A stretch of 64,000 nt of DNA from a virus (lineage: Duplodnaviria > Heunggongvirae > Uroviricota > Caudoviricetes), in the IMG/VR virus record IMGVR_UViG_3300037067_019759. The stretch is one strand, 5' to 3'. Both the position numbers and the translations under genes were made by a program. The notes beneath the pieces are model-generated. The model ran no database searches, was not told the origin of the DNA, and saw nothing but the letters and a program-made list of their open reading frames with translations. Positions 49,256 through 57,664 of this stretch are shown here, piece after piece (within the stretch, counting starts at the first letter, position 1; every line of letters begins with the position of its first letter).

Positions 49256-49377
49256 ACACAAAACCCATCCGCCTAGTGGCAACCTATCAGAGTTAATCCA
49301 CTAAAAGCAAATGGGCTTTGTGTCTGATAGGTTATAAATTATATAACCAGTATACCAAAAGTATATTAAGTTGTCAA
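49256..49377 (-). promoter_or_regulatory. Promoter plus 5'-UTR pseudoknot upstream of HNH gene 48580-49083, with an additional roughly 165-nt leader
   Basis: -35 at 49372-49377, -10 at 49349-49354. Stem 1 is 49324-49331 with 49283-49290 (CCTATCAG/CTGATAGG). Stem 2 is 49311-49323 with 49256-49268. Confidence 0.5.
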
Positions 49378-50688
49378 ATATTTATTATTTTTAATAATTT
49401 TTAATAAATCATTAACTAAGTTATCTTGTTGTTTTTTTAACAAATTTTCTTTCTTTTTTTCATCGCTTATTCTAAAAGTAAATAAAGGTTTGTTTGTTAT
49501 AATTCCCACCTCAGTTTCTATTCTATCTCTAAATCCGTCATCCTCTTTGGTAATAATAATGGTTTCTGGTCTGCCTAATTTTTTGATTGTATCAGTACAG
49601 TCAACAACTAAAAAATTTTTTTTACTTGGATGGGGACGAAAACCGCGACCAATCATCTGGTACAACAATGCCAACGAAATAGTTGGTCTAGCTAAAATTA
49701 TACAATCAAGTTCTGGAAAATCAAAACCGAGCGTAAGGACTTTAACATTTATTACGATTCTATTTTTACCGCTTTTAAAATTATTTATTATCTCATCTCT
49801 TTCCCCTGCTGGCGTATGTCCAAATACCATTTCATTGCCAAAACTATTCTCTTGCAATAACTTGCTTAATTCATTTGCTTGTCGTATTGATGATGCAAAA
49901 ATTAAAAAATATTTACGTTCATTATAATATTTTGCTACTGAATATAATACTTTTTTAAGACGACTGGGATTGGTAGTATAATTTTCCAAACTTTCACTAT
50001 CAAAATCATTACCAATTGAATTCATTTTTATTTCTTCTGATTTAAAATTAGGATCAGGAAATACGTATGTTGGTTTGGCTAAGTAGCCTTGTTCAATTAA
50101 TTCATGGTTTTCAATTTTATAAATTATATTTTTAAAGAAAAATGGATGAATTCTATTAAGCATTTGCAGGTGTCCAGTATAAAATAAATCATTTCCTTTC
50201 TTAGTATATTTATTTACTATTCTGTATGGCGTGGCTGTGAGTCCAACAATGTGAGGATCGCCAATAGCTCTAAAAAATTTATTGTACATGCCATCTATAT
50301 TTTTTGGTGAATACAGATGCGCTTCATCAATTAAAATAACTTTAAAGTGTTTGAATAGTTCAGGCTTTTTATATATTGAACCGATTGTTGCGTAAGTAAA
50401 TCGTCCTATCTTTTTAGAATTAAAACTGGCTGAATATATTTTAATATCATTAAAACCATACATCAGCATCTTATCATAATTTTGCTGTAATATTTCTTTA
50501 GTTGGTTGTAAAATTAAAATATTATCATTAATTTCATGAGCTATGCCTGAAATTACATGTGATTTACCTCCACCTGTCGGAATAGATATAATGCCAGCGT
50601 TATTTTGGGTTTTTAAATACTCAACACCTTTGGCAACAGCTATTTTTTGATAAGTTCGCAATTCCATAATTCTTCTAATTAATGTCAC
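49366..50688 (-). CDS. Superfamily-2 DEAH-box DNA helicase
   Basis: PTGGGKSHV (motif I). ILIDEAH (II). GLTATP (III). QMIGRGFR (VI). Confidence 0.6.
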   Translation of the reverse strand: MTLIRRIMELRTYQKIAVAKGVEYLKTQNNAGIISIPTGGGKSHVISGIAHEINDNILILQPTKEILQQNYDKMLMYGFNDIKIYSASFNSKKIGRFTYATIGSIYKKPELFKHFKVILIDEAHLYSPKNIDGMYNKFFRAIGDPHIVGLTATPYRIVNKYTKKGNDLFYTGHLQMLNRIHPFFFKNIIYKIENHELIEQGYLAKPTYVFPDPNFKSEEIKMNSIGNDFDSESLENYTTNPSRLKKVLYSVAKYYNERKYFLIFASSIRQANELSKLLQENSFGNEMVFGHTPAGERDEIINNFKSGKNRIVINVKVLTLGFDFPELDCIILARPTISLALLYQMIGRGFRPHPSKKNFLVVDCTDTIKKLGRPETIIITKEDDGFRDRIETEVGIITNKPLFTFRISDEKKKENLLKKQQDNLVNDLLKIIKNNKYLTT

Positions 50689-50689
50689 T

Positions 50690-50851
50690 TATAATATTCA
50701 AATCCTTAAACCGCCATTTCTTATCCGAGAAATTAAATTCTTGCCAACCGTATTTTTCTTTCAAAGAACGGCAAAATTCCACCACCGCCATATCAAAATC
50801 ATAGACAAAAGCATACTGGTAATATTTAGTCGATTCTTTTAAAATGGTCAT
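50690..50851 (-). CDS. Small hypothetical protein (about 53 aa, not in the ORF table)
   Basis: ATG overlaps the stop of the SPOUT gene (aTGAcc). Translation MTILKESTKYYQYAFVYDFDMAVVEF... Confidence 0.2.
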
Positions 50852-51282
50852 AATTTATTTTTTCTGTCAAACATAACTATTGATCCCGCTACTGCTACAT
50901 TAAGACACATAGGAGTATCAATAAATACTTTTTGATGACCAATCATTATATCCTCTGGTATTCCATCATCCTCTGCTCCCAATATATAAATAGCATTTTC
51001 GGGATGAATCATATTTTTAATATCTCTTGATCCTTCCGTTTGTTCAATAAAAACAAGATGACATTTGATTGGCAAATTATTTTTAAAATCTTCAAATGTT
51101 TTATATTCATATAAAGGAATATGCTTAGATGCATCGGTAGTGTCACTACCTTGTTTTTTATAACGAAAACCAATAGTAAAAATAAAATCAGCTCCAAAAT
51201 TATGGGCAGACCTCCATAATGTTCCGATATTGGTTTCAGTCTTTGGCCGGTATATTCCTATACCAAAATATCCTCTTTTCAT
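50848..51282 (-). CDS. SPOUT-class (SpoU/TrmH/TrmL-like) RNA 2'-O-methyltransferase
   Basis: IYILGAEDDGIPEDIM ... VFIDTPMCLNVAVAGSIVMF matches SpoU motifs II and III. Confidence 0.5.
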   Translation of the reverse strand: MKRGYFGIGIYRPKTETNIGTLWRSAHNFGADFIFTIGFRYKKQGSDTTDASKHIPLYEYKTFEDFKNNLPIKCHLVFIEQTEGSRDIKNMIHPENAIYILGAEDDGIPEDIMIGHQKVFIDTPMCLNVAVAGSIVMFDRKNKL

Positions 51283-51283
51283 T

Positions 51284-51643
51284 TTATTTCTTTATTTTTT
51301 TCCATCCTGCCGCCTTCATTAAATCTTCATTATTTTCTGATTTTAAAAAATCTTTATAAGTAATTATCAACCATTCGCTTCCGCAGGCGCTAAAAAAAGG
51401 ATCTTCTTCTTTTTTGCAAATAGAACACATGCAAGAAATTATATATTTTTCAGTTAATTTTTTTGTTTTAAACCATTTATTATATTCTTTATCTTTCGGA
51501 TAACATGGAAGATAATAAGCAACCCAACCTTTTTTTCCTTCAGCTTCTACGAGTTTATGTATTCTCTCGCTATATTTTTTGAAACGTGGGTCTTTTCTAG
51601 CTTCAGCCATTACGTCAATATTTTTTTTATGAATTAATGACAT
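51284..51643 (-). CDS. Hypothetical protein
   Basis: ORF. Confidence 0.3.
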   Translation of the reverse strand: MSLIHKKNIDVMAEARKDPRFKKYSERIHKLVEAEGKKGWVAYYLPCYPKDKEYNKWFKTKKLTEKYIISCMCSICKKEEDPFFSACGSEWLIITYKDFLKSENNEDLMKAAGWKKIKK

Positions 51644-51645
51644 AA

Positions 51646-51876
51646 TTATTTGTCTAATATATTAACAATCTCTTTAGTAGTTTTTCCTTCGCTTTGCAAC
51701 TTTTTTACTTTTTCCATTTTTTCAACTGTTTTATTTTCATCAAACAGCATTGTCCGCCCTCTTAAAGTCATCGGTTCGATAATCCCCATAAGGTAATAAT
51801 AATTCAATTTTGATTTATTGATTTGCATTTTCAACGCTAACTCGCTTAACGTCGTTATTTTGTTTTTTTCCGGCAT
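51646..51876 (-). CDS. Hypothetical small protein
   Basis: ORF. Confidence 0.3.
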   Translation of the reverse strand: MPEKNKITTLSELALKMQINKSKLNYYYLMGIIEPMTLRGRTMLFDENKTVEKMEKVKKLQSEGKTTKEIVNILDK

Positions 51877-52004
51877 ATTTTATTTTAGTAATTTTATTAA
51901 TTTTTCAAAATCAAAAATTCCATTCATAATAACAAGACCTAACTCATCATAACTTATATATTCAGTTTTTCCTTCTTTTTTTAACCATTCTTCTATTTTT
52001 TTTC

Positions 52005-52550
52005 TTATTTTTTGTTCTCTATCAAACATATTTTTTTAATTTGTTTTTTAACATCTTTCATCCTGCCAAGAATTATATTTTTATGTTTTTCCGCCTGCTT
52101 TTCATTACCGTAAAAAGTTATTTCCCAAATAAAATGAGCAATAATATCCTCAAATGAATAATGGGATATTGTATCGTGGCTGATCGGCATATTAACCAAT
52201 TTTTTCCAAGGGATAAATGAAATAGACCAATGAATTTTTTCTATATCGTTCTGTTTTATCATGCAAATGCCATAGCCAGTATCATCCATCATTTCCTTAA
52301 CATCATTTAAAAATTTTTGCACTCGCTCCGGGTGTTCTGTGTAAAATGGAGTATTTAAATCTCTGCCACCATAAATTTTTAATTTTTCATTTGGTCTAAC
52401 TTTTATTTTTGGCATCTTTCCCAATCGATAAAATAATTTTTCGTAATTATTATGATCGGTTGCATAATGGTATCTGAGAGCACGTTTAACTTCTATCCAA
52501 TTAATGCATGGAATTAAATCTCTGATAGTAAGTGTTATCTTTGTAGGCAT
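52005..52550 (-). CDS. Hypothetical protein
   Basis: ORF. Confidence 0.3.
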   Translation of the reverse strand: MPTKITLTIRDLIPCINWIEVKRALRYHYATDHNNYEKLFYRLGKMPKIKVRPNEKLKIYGGRDLNTPFYTEHPERVQKFLNDVKEMMDDTGYGICMIKQNDIEKIHWSISFIPWKKLVNMPISHDTISHYSFEDIIAHFIWEITFYGNEKQAEKHKNIILGRMKDVKKQIKKICLIENKK

Positions 52551-52552
52551 AA

Positions 52553-52834
52553 TTAATATCTAATACCCATTATTTTATGACCGTTAATTTCATCATATAC
52601 AAATCCAGTATCATCCTCTAACGTCAATTCGCCTTCACCGGCATCTCCCAATAAAGAATAATTTTTCATAGCAACTTCAATCATATTCCAAACATGTTCA
52701 ATATAATTAGCATCATAATGAGCATAAATTATTGTTCCGTTATCTAATATTAATTCAGTAGTCGCCCATTCTATTTCTGGCTCTTTTTTTATTTCTTCTT
52801 GTTTAACAATCGCGGTTTCTTTTTTGTTTGACAT
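52553..52834 (-). CDS. Hypothetical small acidic protein
   Basis: ORF. Confidence 0.3.
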   Translation of the reverse strand: MSNKKETAIVKQEEIKKEPEIEWATTELILDNGTIIYAHYDANYIEHVWNMIEVAMKNYSLLGDAGEGELTLEDDTGFVYDEINGHKIMGIRY

Positions 52835-52848
52835 AAAATTATGTTTAA

Positions 52849-53250
52849 TTAATTAATTAATATATCTAATGATTTAACGTATCTTTCCAACATTGATGGA
52901 GAAATTATTGATATTGTATCTGATAAATTATCAATAATATCCGCTATTTTTATTTCTGCGGCGGTTTCATGAAGAGAAATTTTTTTGATATAATCAAAAT
53001 ATTTTTCTTCCTTTTTTCTCGATAATAAACCAATTACAACAACAACATTTTTAGGAAATAATTTATCCAAATCTTCTAATGTCGTATCAGTATCTTCCAC
53101 TACATCATGCAAAATAGCAATTGTCTTTTTTAAATCATCATTAAAATATCCGCTTACTCTGATAGGATGGACTATATAGGGAACATTACTATCTTTTCGG
53201 CATTGATTTTTATGAGCTTTATAAGCTATTTTTAAGGCTTTAAGATACAT
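52849..53250 (-). CDS. HD-domain hydrolase of the RelA/SpoT (p)ppGpp-hydrolase type (small alarmone hydrolase-like)
   Basis: AYKAHKNQCRKDSNVPYIVHPIRV ... AILHDVVEDTD ... IKIADIIDNL is a classic HD/SpoT hydrolase motif string in a 133-aa protein. Confidence 0.5.
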   Translation of the reverse strand: MYLKALKIAYKAHKNQCRKDSNVPYIVHPIRVSGYFNDDLKKTIAILHDVVEDTDTTLEDLDKLFPKNVVVVIGLLSRKKEEKYFDYIKKISLHETAAEIKIADIIDNLSDTISIISPSMLERYVKSLDILIN

Positions 53251-53582
53251 AGTTTATATTTTATCGTTTCCCAAAGGATGTCGCAAAGTTGTTCTAAATT
53301 TATAATTTCTGCTATTTGAAAATCAGAATTTAATGTTATCACAATTCCAATATGTATTTTTTTCGTTACTAAATTTGTGCTTGTATGTTTTATTTTTATA
53401 TCATTATCTAAAAATTCAATCATTTGCCCAATATTTGGTAATTTAAATATTCTAAATAAAAAAGTAGCTGTTTTCCATAATTCTTCTTCATCGATATATT
53501 CTTTATAAAATATTTTATACCATTTTTTTTGTTGTTCTTCATTCAATTCATTCCATTGTTCTTTTGTTATATTTTGTTTCAT
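53232..53582 (-). CDS. Hypothetical protein
   Basis: ORF. Confidence 0.3.
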   Translation of the reverse strand: MKQNITKEQWNELNEEQQKKWYKIFYKEYIDEEELWKTATFLFRIFKLPNIGQMIEFLDNDIKIKHTSTNLVTKKIHIGIVITLNSDFQIAEIINLEQLCDILWETIKYKLCILKP

Positions 53583-54151
53583 ATTTTATTTTTATTTTTA
53601 TGATATCTGTCTCTCATTCTTTTCAATAGTTTATCTCTATTCTTTAAATAATATTTTTTTCTAGTTTTATTTATTCTATCACAATTTTTTTTTCTCCACT
53701 TTCGCAAATATTCATTAATTTTTTCTTTATTATCTTTACGATATTTTAAAATTTTTTCTTTATTTTTTTGATAGTAACGCTTTGTGTATCCGTTTTTAAT
53801 GTGACGTTCATTGTTTAATTTATAACGTTCTTTTAACCGTCCTTTTCTTTCCTCGGGAGATAATTTTTGACAATTTTTATCACAATATTTACGATTTTTC
53901 CATGACGGATTAACTAAAAAAATTTTACCACAGCGTAAACAAGTTATATTAATTCTCTTCGCTATCCTTTCCTTTCTTTTCTGTTCCATAAATTCATCTC
54001 TCGCTTCTTTTGGAACAATTTTTTTTATTATTTGGTCAACTCGTTGCCGGGAGATATTATATTTTTTACCAATATTTAATACTGATTCTCCGTTTAAAAA
54101 AGAATCTACTATTTCGAGATTGCGATCTAATTTTAATTTGTTAGATGACAT
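53579..54151 (-). CDS. DNA-binding protein with a sigma-70 region-4-like HTH and a zinc ribbon (putative transcription regulator or late-gene activator)
   Basis: VLNIGKKYNISRQRVDQIIKK is an HTH. CLRCGKIF...CDKNCQ. Very basic C-terminus. Confidence 0.35.
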   Translation of the reverse strand: MSSNKLKLDRNLEIVDSFLNGESVLNIGKKYNISRQRVDQIIKKIVPKEARDEFMEQKRKERIAKRINITCLRCGKIFLVNPSWKNRKYCDKNCQKLSPEERKGRLKERYKLNNERHIKNGYTKRYYQKNKEKILKYRKDNKEKINEYLRKWRKKNCDRINKTRKKYYLKNRDKLLKRMRDRYHKNKNKI

Positions 54152-54554
54152 AATTTTAATTATTTTCTATTTTCATATCTTTTAATCAATTCTTTTTATT
54201 CCGTCTATTGCCCATTTAGTATCCTTTGTACTCTTTATAATTTCTGTTATCATATGCTCCATACTTCTATAAAATGGACGATATATCCATCTTTTTTTTC
54301 TTTCCATTTCATTTCTTGTTACTAAATTTATCTCGTAAGTTTTCATATTTAAAAATTATTTATTATCCTAACGACTAAATAGCAGGTAAAGATTTGACCG
54401 AGATACGCTCCATTGATGCTATCGCTGGGAATACAACTCGTATAGTCACTTTACATATTTCTTAGCTATTATCCACAAAGAATGACTTTATGTCCAAGAA
54501 ATTAGTGGCGTCTACCTATTCCGCCACTGCTATTTATGCGTAAGAACAATAAAC

Positions 54555-54857
54555 TTATATTTTAAAACTTTCTTGCTTAAACATCGGTTGACATTTTAAC
54601 TTTTGTTGATCAATGGCTTGATTCATAATCGTATCTACCAATTCTTTTCCACAATATCGATAAAGCACACAGCCATCTACAATTTTCTTTTCAAAAATAC
54701 CTTTATTAACCAACTCTCGGCATCTCCTAGCGGCATTATCGCCCTCATAATGAAGTTGATTAATCACCATCTTTTCTAATTCTCCTTTATGCGCCCAATT
54801 TGGATAAATAGACATTACATAGTCTACCAAATATTGACGCAACGATTGTTTAATCAT
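54555..54857 (-). CDS. Hypothetical protein
   Basis: ORF. Confidence 0.3.
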   Translation of the reverse strand: MIKQSLRQYLVDYVMSIYPNWAHKGELEKMVINQLHYEGDNAARRCRELVNKGIFEKKIVDGCVLYRYCGKELVDTIMNQAIDQQKLKCQPMFKQESFKI

Positions 54858-54991
54858 ATGAGAAAATTAATGGTTCGGGTTCAATTCTAATTTCTTTAAC
54901 TTTTTTATTTTTAGGTTTTGCTTTCCAATCTATTTTGTCAAAATTTTTGTTAAAATCATCATTAATACTTACATTAGCTTTGGTACGATGG

Positions 54992-55312
54992 TTAGTTTTT
55001 ATCAACATAATGTTTATTTTTAAGTATTGATATATTTAAAGTCTCACCTGGGTTTATATCTCCTAAAATATTCCCCAAACACCATTCTTTCTTAGCAAAC
55101 CAAATCGTATCTATGCCTTTTTCTTTTATCAATTCTTTTAATTCTTTTTCATTATGAATTTTCTCATCCCATTCTCCTACTTCATCTTCACTATACGTCC
55201 AATTATAATTTTGATTTTTATCTAAAATTTTAACTAAAAGTCCAACTATAATTTTATATCCAAAATATAAATCATATTTTTCTAATAATTTTTTAGCTGT
55301 TTTAACTAACAT
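54992..55312 (-). CDS. Hypothetical protein (first gene of the minus-strand transcription unit from the 55339-55367 promoter)
   Basis: ORF. Consensus promoter 27 nt upstream. Confidence 0.3.
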   Translation of the reverse strand: MLVKTAKKLLEKYDLYFGYKIIVGLLVKILDKNQNYNWTYSEDEVGEWDEKIHNEKELKELIKEKGIDTIWFAKKEWCLGNILGDINPGETLNISILKNKHYVDKN

Positions 55313-55338
55313 AATTTTAATTTATTTTAAATATATTA

Positions 55339-55367
55339 CCAGTATATACCTTATCTTATAACTTGTC
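55339..55367 (-). promoter_or_regulatory. Consensus promoter heading the minus-strand block (gene 54992-55312)
   Basis: Minus strand TTGACAagttataagataaggtaTATACT. 27-nt leader. Confidence 0.5.
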
Positions 55368-55375
55368 AAGCTAAA

Positions 55376-55418
55376 ACAAAAACTCCCGCCTATTTAAAGA
55401 CAGGAGTTTTTGCGTTTT
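55376..55418. terminator. Perfect 9-bp hairpin flanked by T/A runs (bidirectional terminator or insulator-like) at the strand-switch
   Basis: AAAAACTCC-N16-GGAGTTTTT followed by GCGTTTT. The reverse complement also gives a hairpin plus T-run. Confidence 0.4.
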
Positions 55419-55643
55419 CCCCATGCTTTGGGAATCCGTGTTGTGTGCTTATTAACACTCGGCATTATCAGTATAGCGTGAATCCGTTTTTTGTCAATAC
55501 AAAAGGCCATCTTCAAAAGATGACCCTAGTGCGTCCCACTCATGGAGGGAACTAAAATACAATACAATTTAATTTAGTTAGGTTGAAAATCCTTTTCTCG
55601 TTTCTATAATATTAATTTGTATAGCGTCCAGTATCGAGTATGT

Positions 55644-55713
55644 GGGGATGGCAGGTTTGCGACATACCTGGTTATCCAGCCCGGAGTCAGGGGTTCAATT
55701 CCCCTCATCTCCA
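55644..55713 (+). other. tRNA-like fragment: acceptor stem plus canonical T-arm without a valid D or anticodon arm
   Basis: GGGGATG pairs with CATCTCC (one G-U). T-arm AGGGG-TTCAATT-CCCCT. Discriminator A. The middle folds as a 4-bp tetraloop hairpin instead of an anticodon arm. Confidence 0.35.
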
Positions 55714-56336
55714 CATGCTCTTAAAACTAGACATTACAAATGTTGTTAAGTTAAATACCATTATACCACTTTTTAATAATATGTCAATACTTTGGATTTA
55801 TGGTATAATGGGGATATTATTAAATAATATGAAATGTATGCAAAATGAAGAGTATTTTTCGACGAGGGACATCTCGTTGGCCGCGACACTTTTAACGCTT
55901 AAATTTAAAATGGTTGGATTAGATATGCAATATGAAGGAACAGTATCTCGACCAGTTGGTTATTTTTTATTTCAACGCACAGAAGATGTACTCGAAACAG
56001 AAAAAAAATATTGGGCGAGATCTCTGGCTATCGAACCCATGTTGTACCAAACACATTTAAAGAGTTTGAAGGCGCAAGTAATGAATGTGTATAAGTCTCC
56101 CCAAAGTGGATATAATAAAAAATATAAGACATATTAAGGGGTTGACTTTTCCCAGGATTTTGCTTATACTGACAATAGATAATAAAAATTGAATATATGC
56201 TCAAAAAACAAATTCATAAACAAAGAATCCTTACTAATGGTTCATGCCACAAAGGCATGGCAGTCACGAATTTGTACTGTTGAGCAACTATTGGTAAGGT
56301 TTTTTTGTTTATTTTTGATTAATTAACTATAAAAAT

Positions 56337-57374
56337 ATGCAACACAAAGAACATCATTTCATTGTGGAAGAAGCCACAAAATATGGAGTAGAAAAAGCTA
56401 TTCTACTCTACAATATTAGATTTTGGCTAGATAAAAATAAAGCTAACGATAAACATATCCACCAACATTCAAACGGAAAATATTATTATTTTACTTATAA
56501 TAGCGGTACAGCATTTGGAAAATTATTTCCCTATATGAACGCTAAAAGCATAAATAGATGGTTATTGGAACTAGAAAACGATGGTATTCTAATAAGCGGA
56601 AATTTTAATAATACTTCGTATGATAGAACAAAATGGTACTCTATTATCCAAGAATTTGAATATAATGAGAAATCCATTACGCTAGATGAGAAATCCATTA
56701 CGCTAGATGAGCAATCAAATACGCTAGATGAGCAATCAAATACGCTAGATGAGCAACCAATACCAGATAATAATACACATAATAATACAAATAATAATAC
56801 TCTCTCTTGTGCAGCTGACGCTGCACCAGACATCAAAAATGAAACTGACTCTACCAATCTCTTTATTGATACTCCCCCTCCAGTTTCTGAACCCACGGAT
56901 CTAAAGCCCAAGAAAGACAAACAGACAATGACAGAAGAAGACTTTGGTAAATTTTGGAATATCTACCCCAGAAAAAAAGGAAAGGGAGATGCGTTAAAAA
57001 AATTTCTTAAAATTAATAAAGATAAATTTGATGTTATTATAAAAGCAGTGGGAGAATGTAAAAAAACTAAACAATGGCAGGATGTACAGTATATACCGTT
57101 CCCTGGTACTTGGTTAAACCAAGAAAGATGGGAGGATGAATCTTCATCCACGGATTATATTGCCTTAAGTGGCGAAGAACAAATATTGGCAAGACAGAAG
57201 GTAGATGATTCCTACCAAAGGGGAGAGATAACTATCGAAGATGTGGCGAGAGCTTATGTTGCTATAAGTAATGATACTTTAGAAACCGGCCATTGCTACG
57301 CTATTTTCCCTTTTTCTACAAAATACGGAGATCAAATGCTACTAAAACTCAAGAATCTGTTCCCCAACTTTTAA
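56337..57374 (+). CDS. Replication initiator / replisome-organiser-like protein with origin iterons inside the gene
   Basis: N-terminal winged-helix-like domain. Four 21-bp tandem repeats followed by an AT-rich tract inside the ORF (lambda O-like arrangement). Primase-helicase immediately downstream. Confidence 0.4.
   Translation: MQHKEHHFIVEEATKYGVEKAILLYNIRFWLDKNKANDKHIHQHSNGKYYYFTYNSGTAFGKLFPYMNAKSINRWLLELENDGILISGNFNNTSYDRTKWYSIIQEFEYNEKSITLDEKSITLDEQSNTLDEQSNTLDEQPIPDNNTHNNTNNNTLSCAADAAPDIKNETDSTNLFIDTPPPVSEPTDLKPKKDKQTMTEEDFGKFWNIYPRKKGKGDALKKFLKINKDKFDVIIKAVGECKKTKQWQDVQYIPFPGTWLNQERWEDESSSTDYIALSGEEQILARQKVDDSYQRGEITIEDVARAYVAISNDTLETGHCYAIFPFSTKYGDQMLLKLKNLFPNF
56667..56750 (+). repeat. 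Four direct 21-bp iterons (2x GAGAAATCCATTACGCTAGAT, 2x GAGCAATCAAATACGCTAGAT) plus a degenerate fifth. Candidate replication origin.
   Basis: Exact tandem copies read from the sequence, followed by AT-rich 56757-56805 (ATAATAATACACATAATAATACAAATAATAATAC). Confidence 0.5.
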
Positions 57375-57394
57375 CCATTGGTATTGTCCGTGGT

Positions 57395-57430
57395 ATCTGT
57401 TCCGAAATTATTATAATATAAAAGTTAATT
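57395..57430 (-). promoter_or_regulatory. Possible minus-strand promoter antisense to the 3' end of gene 56337-57374
   Basis: Minus strand TTGACAagaattaacttttatatTATAAT with no gene downstream on that strand. Could be an antisense RNA or non-functional. Confidence 0.25.
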
Positions 57431-57664
57431 CTTGTCAATTAAATGGTTAAATCACAGAGGGCAGTTCCGTTTTTTAGACGGCTAAAATGGTACATACCCA
57501 TTTTAAGCCGTGTGGAGTGCCTTTAAAACGTAGTTGCTAGTCGAGACGGTAGATTAGACCTTTAAGGGGTGCAACGCGTGTTTAAGACATCACCATCAAT
57601 GACAGAATGGCAAGGAATTGATTCTATCGCTCGACTGCAGTCGTAAAATTATAAATTTAAAACC

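Noticed and set aside
50862-50871. TTGACA at 50866-50871 (minus) as another promoter
   Set aside because: It lies inside the 3' end of the SPOUT gene with no matching -10 at proper spacing.
55644-55713. Bona fide tRNA gene
   Set aside because: Only the acceptor and T arms can be formed. Position 8 is G, and no D-arm or 7-nt anticodon loop with U33 can be drawn. It is retained only as a tRNA-like fragment.
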